Assembly (NCBI GenBank): GCA_016782425.1
Contig: JADHYN010000007.1
Span: 1-45,285, forward strand
Direction of reading: 5' to 3'
Length of the DNA: 45,285 bases
Source: Candidatus Omnitrophota bacterium
GTDB lineage: Bacteria > Omnitrophota > Gorgyraeia > JABMRN01 > RBG-13-46-9
Part shown: positions 18,314 through 27,967 of the stretch, piece by piece
How positions within the stretch are numbered: the stretch's first letter is position 1
Layout: each line of letters begins with the position of its first letter
Notes under the pieces: model-generated
Seen by the model: only the letters and a program-made list of their open reading frames with translations
Told to the model about the DNA's origin: nothing
Database searches by the model: none
Made by a program: the position numbers and the translations under genes

Positions 18314-19801
18314 GTGACTTTCAGCCGAATTTTTGTTTTACTTCTTTGGGTAATTTTAATTCTAAGCCCTCTCGGAGGAGAGTCTTGGGCGGCTAAAGAT
18401 ACCCCTGACTCCGGGGTCGGAATTTCTAAAAAAGAAAAACCGCAAGATACCCGCACTTTAGCAAAAGGACGACAAAGTAAGGCGCTTGCCCATTACATGA
18501 TGGGTGTTATCCATGACAAAGAAGGCAAGATGGACCTCGCTATCAGTGAGTATAGAAGGAGCCTGAAATACAATCCGCACTCTACGCAAGCCCGTTTAAA
18601 GTTGGGGATGGATTATCTCATTTTAGGCGATGACAAAAGAGCCGTTAAAGAATTCGAGCTCATAAAAAAAACCGATTCCAGAAATGCATATGCGCGATTT
18701 CTTCTTGCGCTAATCTATACATCACGAGGTAATTTTACCGAAGCGCAGAAAGAGTACGAAAAAATTGTAGAGCAAGAACCCGAGGACTTAAGGGCGTTAT
18801 CATCGCTTGCTGATATCTTTGTCATACAGGAGAAGATGGAATCTGCTAAAGAGGTGTATGAAAAACTCCTCAAGAAAGATCCGGAAAGCGCCATTCTCCA
18901 TTTTAATCTGGGGATAATATATAACAGATTAGGGAAGAGCGATAAGGCCCTTGCCCAGATGGAAGAGGCGATAGTGTTAGACCCGGAGTACATGGAAGCA
19001 TATCTAATGCGCGGCGTTTTGCTCGAAATAAACAAAGACTACGAAAAGGCCGCAGCAAGCTATAAAGACGCCCTGAAAATAGATCCGCTAGACGCAAAAA
19101 TTTATACGCGTCTCGGACGCGTATACTCTGAAGCAGGAAAAATAGAAGACGCTATTAAGCAATACAGGATCGTGATTAGCCTTTCCCCTGAAGACATAGA
19201 GGGGTATGTCGCGCTAAGCTATCTATACGCGGGAGAAAAAAGATATAAAGAAGCCCTGGATGTATTAAAAAACGCAGTGGCAAAGAATCCCAAAAACGCA
19301 GTGGGTTATTTTTACACGGGGGTAGTTTACGAAAGAATGGCTTCTTCTCTCGAGGCCCCCAGTGACGGGCCTCCAAAAGAGATAGCAATAAAAAACTTTA
19401 GGAAAGCTATAGAATTCGATCCCAAATTTTCAGATGCATATAATTACTTAGCTTATACATTTGCCGAAAGCGAAACGAACTTAGATGAGGCCATTGGGCT
19501 GGCAAACAAAGCCCTGGAACTCGAACCGGATAACGGCGCTTATATCGATACCCTGGGATGGCTCTATCTGAAAAAAGGCATGATTGACGAAGCCGTTAAA
19601 GAGCTTGAAAAGGCAAATGCCATCGAGAAAGAGGACTCGATCATAAGGGACCACTTGGGGGACGCTTATTTCGAAAAAGGCCTTTTCAATAAAGCAAGAA
19701 TCCAATGGGAAAAGTCTCTAGAGCTTGACCCAAAACAGGAAAAGATAAGGCAAAAAATAAAAGCGCTAAAAGCAAATAAAAAAATGCAGGGAAAGGAATA
19801 A
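18314..19801 (+). CDS. secreted tetratricopeptide-repeat (TPR) protein
   Basis: GTG start. A hydrophobic signal-like N-terminus is followed by more than 10 TPR-like units (A..Y...L..DP motifs). Confidence 0.7.
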   Translation: MTFSRIFVLLLWVILILSPLGGESWAAKDTPDSGVGISKKEKPQDTRTLAKGRQSKALAHYMMGVIHDKEGKMDLAISEYRRSLKYNPHSTQARLKLGMDYLILGDDKRAVKEFELIKKTDSRNAYARFLLALIYTSRGNFTEAQKEYEKIVEQEPEDLRALSSLADIFVIQEKMESAKEVYEKLLKKDPESAILHFNLGIIYNRLGKSDKALAQMEEAIVLDPEYMEAYLMRGVLLEINKDYEKAAASYKDALKIDPLDAKIYTRLGRVYSEAGKIEDAIKQYRIVISLSPEDIEGYVALSYLYAGEKRYKEALDVLKNAVAKNPKNAVGYFYTGVVYERMASSLEAPSDGPPKEIAIKNFRKAIEFDPKFSDAYNYLAYTFAESETNLDEAIGLANKALELEPDNGAYIDTLGWLYLKKGMIDEAVKELEKANAIEKEDSIIRDHLGDAYFEKGLFNKARIQWEKSLELDPKQEKIRQKIKALKANKKMQGKE

Positions 19802-19802
19802 C

Positions 19803-20645
19803 ATGGCCAAAAAGGCACACCCGGACATAAAAGAACTTAAGAAAAAAGCCGTGCAAATCAGAAAAGATATATTAACTATGCTTGAAAAAGCAGCAAGCGG
19901 CCATACGGGCGGAAGCCTTTCTTTAGTAGAGATTATGATCGTTTTATATTATTACAAAGTAAAACATGACCCAAAAAAACCTGATTGGCCCGGGCGCGAC
20001 AAAGTCATTTTATCCAAAGGGCACGGGTGCCCGACGCTTTACGCTATTTTGGCTGACTTGGGATATTTTCCGCGGAAAGAATTATGGACTTTAAGAAAAC
20101 TCGGTTCGAGATTACAGGGGCACCCCCAGATCGGGCTTCCGGGTGTAGAGATATCAAGCGGTTCTTTAGGCCAGGGGCTTTCAATAGCCAACGGCATGGC
20201 GCTTGCAAACAGAATGGATAGAATAAAAACAAAAACATATTGCATCATGGGTGACGGAGAAACAAATGAGGGCCAGGTGTGGGAAGCCGCTATGACAGCC
20301 AGCCATTACAAGCTGGATAATGTGTGCGGCATAATCGATTTTAATAAAATGCAGATAGACGGTTTCTGTTGCGATGTAAAAGGGCTGGAACCTTACGCCA
20401 AAAAATGGCAGGATTTCGGATGGCACACGATAGAAGTTGACGGTCACGATTTGGGATGTCTCATGGATGCCCTGGATGAGACCGACAAGATTAAAGATAA
20501 GCCGCAAGTCATTATAGCCCACACCGTAAAAGGCAAAGGAATTTCTTTTGTCGAAAATCAGGTTAAGTGGCACGGCATAGCCCCTAAAAAAGAAGAACTC
20601 GAGAAGGCGCTTAAAGAGTTGGACGCGCAGTTAAAAACCCTATAA
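19803..20645 (+). CDS. transketolase, N-terminal (TPP-binding) subunit
   Basis: Contains GHTGGSLS, ILSKGH and GSLGQGLS..GMA.. with GDGE.NEG. 280 aa, the split form. Confidence 0.9.
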   Translation: MAKKAHPDIKELKKKAVQIRKDILTMLEKAASGHTGGSLSLVEIMIVLYYYKVKHDPKKPDWPGRDKVILSKGHGCPTLYAILADLGYFPRKELWTLRKLGSRLQGHPQIGLPGVEISSGSLGQGLSIANGMALANRMDRIKTKTYCIMGDGETNEGQVWEAAMTASHYKLDNVCGIIDFNKMQIDGFCCDVKGLEPYAKKWQDFGWHTIEVDGHDLGCLMDALDETDKIKDKPQVIIAHTVKGKGISFVENQVKWHGIAPKKEELEKALKELDAQLKTL

Positions 20646-20657
20646 AGGAGTTTTAAA

Positions 20658-22301
20658 ATGCTAAATCGAAGATTCATAATGTATTTCAGGATGTACAAGG
20701 TCATCATAATAGTTGTGTTTTTGATAGTGCTCCTTATAGTGGCTTCCGTAATAGGCCTTAGAAGCCTCGAGTCTTTTTATAGAAAGATGACGCTCGCCAC
20801 AATGCCTTTACAATTCCTTATGGCGGGCATACACGCCGCCATATTCGTTTTTATGTATCTCGTATTTTTAAGAGGAGGATTCGCGAAGCTGGATAAGGCG
20901 CCCATAAAGGGCAGAGATATCGATGTCCGCTGGAAGGACGTTATAGGCATGGAAGGGGCAAAACAGGAAGCCTGGGAAGTCGTGCAGCTTATAAGGGACA
21001 GGTCGCGCCTTAAAGCGATAGGCGGGAAAGTAATAAAGGGCCTACTCTTGATAGGCCCTCCCGGATGCGGTAAAACGTATCTCGCGAAAGCCATAGCTAC
21101 GGAAGCGCACCTTCCTTTTATTTCGATGTCCGGAAGCGAATTTGTAGAAATATTTGTAGGCGTTGGAGCATCCAGGGTAAGGAAACTTTTTAAAAAAGCC
21201 AGAAATCTTGCATACGGTTACGGCGGATGTATTATATTCCTGGACGAAATAGACTCTGTCGGAAGATCCCGCGCCTTCAGCTACTTCGGCGGCGGGCAGG
21301 AAACAAGCGCGACTCAAAACCAGCTCCTCGCGGAACTGGACGGCCTTAAAGAAAAGGGCCACAACATCGTGGTGATAGCCGCCACGAACGCCCCGGAAGA
21401 ATCCCTCGACCCCGCGCTTAAAAGACCGGGCAGGTTTGACAGGATGATATATGTTACGCTCCCGAACCTGGAGGACAGGGAAAAAATATTCCGGTATTAT
21501 TTATCCAAGGTGAGTGTGGAGGAAGGCCTTGATGTGGGAAGGCTCGCCAGGCGGGCCGTTAAAAAGTCCCCCGCCGATATAGAAAACCTCGTAAAAGAAT
21601 CGGCGCTTATAACGACGCGGGGGAAAAAAACAAAAATAAGCTGGGACGAGATAAGCGAAGCGTTTGAAAGAATCGAGCTCGGCATCAAACACCCCCTCAC
21701 GATGACGCCGAAAGAAAAAGAAATGACCGCGTATCATGAGTCAGGACACCTTGTGACGACCTATCTCTTGCACCCGACCGAAGACGTTTTTAAGGCCTCT
21801 ATTATACCCCGCAGGGCAACCCTGGGCGTGGTTTATGCTCCTCCCAAGGAAGAGCTTTATACGCGTTCAAAGGATATGCTTTTGGCAGATATAAAGGTTT
21901 CTCTCAGCGGATATGTGGCTGAGAAACTAAAAGTCGGAGTTACCTCAACAGGCGTCGCAGGCGATTTCCGCCAGGCAATGAAGGTAGCGCACACCATGGT
22001 GTGGAAATGGGGAATGGGCGATTCGGGGTTCCTGGGAGATTATACGCAGATACCCTCAGGAGGAGGAGTAGGAGCTAGCGCGGAAAACCAACTGTCAGAA
22101 GAGGTGAAGGCCGCCCTCAACAGGGACACCAATAAGATATTTCAGAAATGCGTTAAGGAAGTAGAAGACCTTCTCACTAAAGAAAGAAAGATCCTCGACA
22201 GGTTCGCGAAAGAACTTCTCGCGAAAGAGGAGCTGGAATACGACGAAATAGAGGCGATATTTAAGGAATTCGAAAAAAAGCCTCCCAAAAAAGAAAATTG
22301 A
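20658..22301 (+). CDS. FtsH-family AAA+ zinc metalloprotease paralogue lacking the periplasmic domain
   Basis: Walker A GPPGCGKT, pore loop FVGVGA, Walker B IIFLDEIDS, SRH ATNAPEESLDPALKRPGRFDR, HEXXH as YHESGH, and downstream GVAGDFRQA. Two TM helices are separated by only about 16 aa. Confidence 0.8.
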   Translation: MLNRRFIMYFRMYKVIIIVVFLIVLLIVASVIGLRSLESFYRKMTLATMPLQFLMAGIHAAIFVFMYLVFLRGGFAKLDKAPIKGRDIDVRWKDVIGMEGAKQEAWEVVQLIRDRSRLKAIGGKVIKGLLLIGPPGCGKTYLAKAIATEAHLPFISMSGSEFVEIFVGVGASRVRKLFKKARNLAYGYGGCIIFLDEIDSVGRSRAFSYFGGGQETSATQNQLLAELDGLKEKGHNIVVIAATNAPEESLDPALKRPGRFDRMIYVTLPNLEDREKIFRYYLSKVSVEEGLDVGRLARRAVKKSPADIENLVKESALITTRGKKTKISWDEISEAFERIELGIKHPLTMTPKEKEMTAYHESGHLVTTYLLHPTEDVFKASIIPRRATLGVVYAPPKEELYTRSKDMLLADIKVSLSGYVAEKLKVGVTSTGVAGDFRQAMKVAHTMVWKWGMGDSGFLGDYTQIPSGGGVGASAENQLSEEVKAALNRDTNKIFQKCVKEVEDLLTKERKILDRFAKELLAKEELEYDEIEAIFKEFEKKPPKKEN

Positions 22302-22306
22302 TATAA

Positions 22307-23296
22307 ATGAAATCCATAATCTTCATAAGTATCGCGCTTTCTGTGATGCTCGTTTCAAGCGGCTGCGGTGAAATTACGTATCCGAAAGAAACGCTGACCG
22401 ATTCTGTAAAAAAGTTATGCAAAGAAGAATATAACTTAGACGTAGATGTAAGCCTTGCGGGGACGACGCTGGCAATATATCTGCCTTTACCGAACCTTTT
22501 TAACGTAACCCTAAGTCTAAGCGAGAAAGCGCAGGATAAGGTGCAGGATGTTTTGCTGGGCGCCTCGCGCATAGTTTTATCTACCGACGCGGATATAAAA
22601 TTTTACTGCATTATAACGCAGGACATAAAGCTCCCGGAAATACAGCTTATTATAATCAAATACACCAATGACATAAAGCGGGCTTTTTATCGCGATATTT
22701 CACGTGGCGAATATTTTAAAAGAACGCTTATAGATATAAATGAAAACCCGCAGGCCAAAAAAGAACAGGCGATAATTGATGTTTTCGGTAAGATGGGACT
22801 GGATGAGAGCATGAAGGAGGATGTGTTGGATGACTTTTTCAGGGCCCCGCCGAGTTCCTTGGAAGGCATAGGGTATTGGAACGGAAAATTCTACATAAAA
22901 GATATCACGCTTGAAGAATTTTTGGCCGAACAAATGGCAAGCCGCATAAGAATACGTTTCAGAGAGAAAAAAGCATTAAAAGAATACGGGCTGAAGCTGG
23001 TTACCGGGGCATACGAAGGCAGCGTCAATCCGAAATTTTTCCTTATAGACTTCAAGGCAGAAAGCCTTTTATTTGTACTGGATCCGGGTCAAAGGAAATT
23101 TATAGAAAAAGAAATTTTTACAAATGTCTTCGAAGAAATAAGCGATGTTATCTACGCTTATAAATTCCAAAATTTTAATCTAATCGAAATGATAGAAAAA
23201 AATTCAAACGAAAAGCTTTTGGTACCGAAAGAAGACGTGTATCTTTTTAAAAAAAGAAAGCTTGGTATTAACGCTATTTTGGGTGCCGTTAACTGA
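22307..23296 (+). CDS. hypothetical lipoprotein
   Basis: Signal peptide with lipobox MLVSSGC. I recognise no other motif. 329 aa. Confidence 0.6.
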   Translation: MKSIIFISIALSVMLVSSGCGEITYPKETLTDSVKKLCKEEYNLDVDVSLAGTTLAIYLPLPNLFNVTLSLSEKAQDKVQDVLLGASRIVLSTDADIKFYCIITQDIKLPEIQLIIIKYTNDIKRAFYRDISRGEYFKRTLIDINENPQAKKEQAIIDVFGKMGLDESMKEDVLDDFFRAPPSSLEGIGYWNGKFYIKDITLEEFLAEQMASRIRIRFREKKALKEYGLKLVTGAYEGSVNPKFFLIDFKAESLLFVLDPGQRKFIEKEIFTNVFEEISDVIYAYKFQNFNLIEMIEKNSNEKLLVPKEDVYLFKKRKLGINAILGAVN

Positions 23297-23313
23297 TAAA
23301 GAAAGCAGGTGTT

Positions 23314-24270
23314 ATGCAGGAGATAAAACGAAAGCCTACCCGCGACGGAGCCGGGGAAGCCATGAGGGATTTGGGAAAGAGCAACAAGGATGTTGTCGTT
23401 CTTTCGGCGGACCTCACGGATTCTACGAGAGCCGGCTGGTTTAAGAAAGAATTTCCGGATAGGTTTATCAGTTTCGGGGTAGCAGAGCAGGATATGATCG
23501 GAACCGCAGCAGGGCTTGCGTTATCCGGCAAGATTCCGTTTGCCTGCACGTTCGGCATATTCGCAAGCGGACGGGCGTGGGACCAGATAAGGGTTTCGGT
23601 GGCTTACATGAATCTCAACGTAAAAATCGTAGGAACGCACGGTGGCATAAGTGTCGGTGAAGACGGGGCCACTCACCAGGCTCTTGACGAAATTGCGCTG
23701 ATGAGAATATTGCCTAATATGACTGTTGTCGTCCCCTGCGATGCCGTAGAGGCTTATAAAGCTACAATGCAGGCTGCCAGCGTTCAGGGGCCTGTCTATT
23801 TAAGGCTGGGAAGAACATTTGCCCCTGTTATAACGAAAGAAAGTGATCCATTTGAGATAGGGAAAGCGATTTTATATCGGGATGGCAAGGACGTTACCAT
23901 TATTGCGTGCGGGCATTCAGTATATGAAGCAAAAAAAGCAAGCGAAGCTTTAGAAAAAGAAGGGGTGAGCGCGCGTGTAATCGATTTACATACTCCCAAG
24001 CCACTCGACGGGGATATTATACTTAAAGCGGCCAGGGAGACAGGCGCCTTTGTTACCGTTGAAGAGCACAGCGTATTTGGCGGCATGGGTAGCGCTGTAT
24101 CTGAATTTATATCGCAAAACCATCCCGTACCCATGAGAATGCTCGGGATAAAAAACGAATTCGGTGAAAGCGGATCACCGCTGGAACTTTTAAAGCGTTT
24201 CCATTTGACTACAGAAGATGTTATAGGGGCCGTTCGCGAAGTGCTTAAGGCGAAGAAGCGAAAGAAATGA
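23314..24270 (+). CDS. transketolase, C-terminal (pyrimidine-binding) subunit
   Basis: Contains TRDGAGEAM..L, VVLSADL..ST and FGVAEQDM. 318 aa. Confidence 0.9.
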   Translation: MQEIKRKPTRDGAGEAMRDLGKSNKDVVVLSADLTDSTRAGWFKKEFPDRFISFGVAEQDMIGTAAGLALSGKIPFACTFGIFASGRAWDQIRVSVAYMNLNVKIVGTHGGISVGEDGATHQALDEIALMRILPNMTVVVPCDAVEAYKATMQAASVQGPVYLRLGRTFAPVITKESDPFEIGKAILYRDGKDVTIIACGHSVYEAKKASEALEKEGVSARVIDLHTPKPLDGDIILKAARETGAFVTVEEHSVFGGMGSAVSEFISQNHPVPMRMLGIKNEFGESGSPLELLKRFHLTTEDVIGAVREVLKAKKRKK

Positions 24271-25091
24271 TCTTACATGCGCCGGCGAAGGTAAATTTAC
24301 GCCTTCGAATTGTGGGCAAAAGGCCCGATGGATATCATAATATAGAAACGATTTTCGAGCGGATCGCGCTTTTTGATAAAATAACTTTACGTTCTTTGAA
24401 AAATAATAAAATAAATATTTTCTGCGATCACTCCGGCGTGCCAAGAGGTAAAACAGGGCTTATTTACAGGACAGTAAGCTTGTTAAAAAAAGAGAAACGC
24501 CTTCAAAAAGGAGTCGAGGTAAAAATTGTTAAAAAAATACCCGTAGCAGCGGGCCTGGGTGGCGGATCAAGCGACGCTGCCAGTGTTTTAATGGGCCTTA
24601 ACAAACTGTGGAAATTGTCACTGGGAAAGCATGAGCTTATTCGGATAGGTAGAAGATTAGGCGCAGATATTCCTTTTTTTCTTAGCAATGTTACGTTTGC
24701 CCGAGCCACAGGAAAAGGCGATAAAATTATGCCACTTAGATGGAAAAGGAAAATATGGCATCTCCTTATTTCGCCGAAAATAAAGCTATTATCAAAAGAC
24801 ATTTACAGGGCTTACGATAAAAATCCGATTTCAGTAATGAAACGTACGAAAATCCTTATAGGGAACGATTTAGAGCGATCCGTCATGCAAAAAGCGCCTC
24901 TCGTAGGAAAGCTCAAAGATGCATTAAAGGACATAGGATTAACGCATTCGTTGGTTTCCGGGAGCGGCCCCAGCATTTTTACCATATTTGACAGAAGAAA
25001 GGAGGCCGAGAAGGCGAAGAAGTTACTGGTTAAGGGCTTCCCTGTAATCAAAAAAAAGGGATGGCAAATTTTCGTAGCCCCTACGCTATAA
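24267..25091 (+). CDS. ispE: 4-diphosphocytidyl-2-C-methyl-D-erythritol kinase
   Basis: Contains APAKVNL.L.I.GKR.DGYH and the GHMP motif IPVAAGLGGGSSDAA. ATGA overlap with the upstream gene. Confidence 0.9.
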   Translation: MILHAPAKVNLRLRIVGKRPDGYHNIETIFERIALFDKITLRSLKNNKINIFCDHSGVPRGKTGLIYRTVSLLKKEKRLQKGVEVKIVKKIPVAAGLGGGSSDAASVLMGLNKLWKLSLGKHELIRIGRRLGADIPFFLSNVTFARATGKGDKIMPLRWKRKIWHLLISPKIKLLSKDIYRAYDKNPISVMKRTKILIGNDLERSVMQKAPLVGKLKDALKDIGLTHSLVSGSGPSIFTIFDRRKEAEKAKKLLVKGFPVIKKKGWQIFVAPTL

Positions 25092-25143
25092 AGATTTCCG
25101 CGAAAGCGAAAGGCAATACGCTGCGAACAAGGAGGAGAGAGGT

Positions 25144-25641
25144 ATGGAGATTACAGAAGTAAAAGTTATCTTGAAAGAAGGTCCAGATAAGAAACTCAAA
25201 GCTTACGCGACACTTACTTTTGACAACTCTTTTGTTGTCAGAAATGTAAAAATCATCAAAGGAAACAAAGGGCTTTTTGTGGCCATGCCTTCTAGAAAGA
25301 TGAGGGAATCGTGCCCGAAATGCAATTACAAAAACGCAATAAGGAGCAAATTCTGTAACCAGTGCGGTTCGAATCTTCCGGCTTATGATACAAGAACGGT
25401 AAGCCCGGAGGCAAGGCAATCGGAGCACAGGGATATCGCGCATCCCATTACCCTGGAATGCAGGGAATACATTCAGAAGAAGGTGCTCACTGCCTATGAA
25501 GCTGAAGCGGAACACGGGAATTCGTCTCAGGCGCCGGAAGTTTCCGTCCAGGCTAAACCAGCTTCGCCAAAAGCGGATACGCCGGAAATTACAACGCCTA
25601 AAAAAGAACCGGCAAAAGACGAAGGCGATATAACACTTTAG
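25144..25641 (+). CDS. spoVG: SpoVG-family protein with an internal zinc-ribbon insertion and a low-complexity tail
   Basis: MEITEVKV...KAYATLTFDNSFVVRNVKIIKGNKGLFVAMPSRK and RDIAHPIT are canonical SpoVG blocks. CPKC-x11-CNQC lies between them. 165 aa, against about 95 aa for the usual protein. Confidence 0.8.
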   Translation: MEITEVKVILKEGPDKKLKAYATLTFDNSFVVRNVKIIKGNKGLFVAMPSRKMRESCPKCNYKNAIRSKFCNQCGSNLPAYDTRTVSPEARQSEHRDIAHPITLECREYIQKKVLTAYEAEAEHGNSSQAPEVSVQAKPASPKADTPEITTPKKEPAKDEGDITL

Positions 25642-25648
25642 TAAATGC

Positions 25649-25719
25649 TGCCCGGTAGTGTAATGGTAGCACAGCAGCTTTTGGAGCTGCGCGTCTAGGT
25701 TCGAATCCTAGCTGGGCAA
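25649..25719 (+). tRNA. tRNA-Gln (UUG), CCA not encoded
   Basis: A 71-nt cloverleaf folded by hand: acceptor TGCCCGG/CTGGGCA, anticodon arm GCAGC-TTTTGGA-GCTGC, T-arm CTAGG-TTCGAAT-CCTAG. Confidence 0.85.
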
Positions 25720-25731
25720 CTTTTAAAACTT

Positions 25732-26982
25732 ATGAAAAATATAGTAGCTATAATACTGGCCGCCGGACGCGGCACGAGAATGAAATCAGAATTACCTAAG
25801 GTATTGCACAGGGTAAACTCAAAACCCCTTTTAGGGTTTGTGATAGATGCCCTGGAAGGCGCCGGTATTAAAAAGAAAATTCTCGTTGTAGGATATAGGG
25901 GAAAAGATGTCAGAAAACAATTTCCCGGGATTGCCGCCGTGGCGCAAACAAAACTACTTGGTTCCGGTGACGCTGTTAAAAAAGCAAGTGCCCTACTTTC
26001 AAAATTCAAAGGCAATATTTTAATTATATACGGCGATATACCGTTTATCGACAAAGATGCGATAAAAAAACTGATAAAAGAACATAAGAAAAATAAATCT
26101 TCCTGCACGCTTCTGGCGGCCACCGTCAAGAAATCGTCAGGATACGGCAGAATTTTTCGAAATGAAACTAGCGACGTAGTAAAAATCATAGAAGAAAAGG
26201 ATGCCTCTTTTCACGAAAAGGCGATAGACGAAATAAACGTGGGCTGCTACTGTTTTAACAAAAAAGATCTTTTTGATTGTTTGGATAGGCTTAAAATAAA
26301 TGCAAAAAAAGGAGAATACTATCTTACCGATATCGTGGAAATGTTAACAAAAAAAGGTAAAAAAGTAACATCCGTAGTTTGCGAGGACCCTACGGTAGCC
26401 CTTGGCGTAAATTCAAGGCTAGACCTCGCCGAGGTAGGTAACATTATGAAAGAAAAAGTTTTAGAAAAATTAATGTCAAAAGGCGTAACTATCGTAGATC
26501 CGAATTCCACTTTTATAGATACGAGCGCCGATATCGGCAAAGACACTATCATATATCCGCACACAGTGATTGAGAAGGATGTTTCAATCGGGAAAAAGTG
26601 CAAAATAGGTCCGTTTGCAAGAATCAGGGTACATACGAAACTGGACAATAATGTTGAAATAGGAAATTTTGTTGAATTGGTAAGGACAAAAGTGTTGTCC
26701 GGAACAAAAATAAAACACCTGACATATCTTGGCGATACCGAAGTCGGTAAAAATGTAAATATAGGCGCAGGCACTATCACGGCGAATTACGACGGCAAGA
26801 AAAAGCATAAGACAGTTATAGGAGACGGGGTATTCATAGGAGTCGGGGCAATTCTTATCTCTCCGGTAAAGGTAGGCAGGGGCGCTGTTGTTGGCGCCGG
26901 TAGCGTTGTAACAAAACGGAAAAACGTTCCGCCTCACAAAACGGTTGTCGGGGTCCCGGCAAAGTTGCTGGGTAGAAAATAG
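25732..26982 (+). CDS. glmU: bifunctional UDP-N-acetylglucosamine diphosphorylase / glucosamine-1-phosphate N-acetyltransferase
   Basis: N-terminal AIILAAGRGTRMKS..PKVLH and C-terminal left-handed beta-helix hexapeptide repeats. Confidence 0.9.
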   Translation: MKNIVAIILAAGRGTRMKSELPKVLHRVNSKPLLGFVIDALEGAGIKKKILVVGYRGKDVRKQFPGIAAVAQTKLLGSGDAVKKASALLSKFKGNILIIYGDIPFIDKDAIKKLIKEHKKNKSSCTLLAATVKKSSGYGRIFRNETSDVVKIIEEKDASFHEKAIDEINVGCYCFNKKDLFDCLDRLKINAKKGEYYLTDIVEMLTKKGKKVTSVVCEDPTVALGVNSRLDLAEVGNIMKEKVLEKLMSKGVTIVDPNSTFIDTSADIGKDTIIYPHTVIEKDVSIGKKCKIGPFARIRVHTKLDNNVEIGNFVELVRTKVLSGTKIKHLTYLGDTEVGKNVNIGAGTITANYDGKKKHKTVIGDGVFIGVGAILISPVKVGRGAVVGAGSVVTKRKNVPPHKTVVGVPAKLLGRK

Positions 26983-26992
26983 GAGGACATAT

Positions 26993-27937
26993 ATGGGAAA
27001 TAAACTATCAATATTCGGAGGCAATTCCAATATCGAACTATTGGATGAAATCTGCAAGCTGGTAAGGGTAAAGCGGGGAGACGCTTTTGTCGGTAGATTT
27101 CGAGACGGCGAAACGCAGGTTCAGATAAAGGAAAACGTCCGCGGCAACGATGTGTTCGTTGTGCAGTCGACTTCATTTCCGGCAAACGATAACCTGATGG
27201 AACTTCTTATACTTTTAGATGCGTTAAAACGCGCCTCCGCTAACAGGATAACAGCCGTTTTGCCGTATTTCGGGTACGCGCGCCAAGACAGAAAAGACCA
27301 GCCGCGTGTTCCGATAACAGCGAAACTCATCGCAAACCTCTTGACGCGCGCAGGTGCTTCAAGGGTTCTTACAATAGATTTGCATGCGGGGCAAATACAG
27401 GGATTTTTCGATGTTCCGCTGGATCACCTCTATGCAGTTAACACCTTTGTGGAATATTTCGAAAAGAAAAATATCGAAAATCTCGTTGTTGTTTCACCGG
27501 ATGTTGGCGGAATAAAAATGGCAAGGGCCTATTCAAAAAGATTAAATGCCGGCCTTGCTATTGTCGATAAACGCAGAATAGACGACACCGAAGCCGAAGT
27601 CATGAACATAATGGGCCGGGTAAAAGGAAAAAACGTTATTATTGTGGACGACATAATAGCTACGGCCGGGAGCCTGGTAGAAGCCGCGAAAGCCGTTAAA
27701 AATGCCGGCGTACAGGATATATATGCGACTATTACGCATCCGGCGCTTTGCGGACCGGCCACCGAAAGACTCAGCGCCTCGCCCATAAAAGAACTGATTG
27801 TAACGAATACAATTCACATAGAAAAAAGTAAAATGATAGATAAGATAAAAGTGCTGAGCATAGCGCCGCTGTTGGCAAGCGCTATAAAAAGAATTCACAA
27901 TGAAGAATCAATAAGTATTCTGTTCGACGAAGTATAA
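26993..27937 (+). CDS. prs: ribose-phosphate diphosphokinase
   Basis: AGGAGG lies 5 nt upstream of ATG 26993. Contains YFGYARQDRK and the VIIVDDIIATAGS PRPP motif. Confidence 0.9.
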   Translation: MGNKLSIFGGNSNIELLDEICKLVRVKRGDAFVGRFRDGETQVQIKENVRGNDVFVVQSTSFPANDNLMELLILLDALKRASANRITAVLPYFGYARQDRKDQPRVPITAKLIANLLTRAGASRVLTIDLHAGQIQGFFDVPLDHLYAVNTFVEYFEKKNIENLVVVSPDVGGIKMARAYSKRLNAGLAIVDKRRIDDTEAEVMNIMGRVKGKNVIIVDDIIATAGSLVEAAKAVKNAGVQDIYATITHPALCGPATERLSASPIKELIVTNTIHIEKSKMIDKIKVLSIAPLLASAIKRIHNEESISILFDEV

Positions 27938-27967
27938 AAAAACACGGAAAACAAAAGGAGAGAAGAA

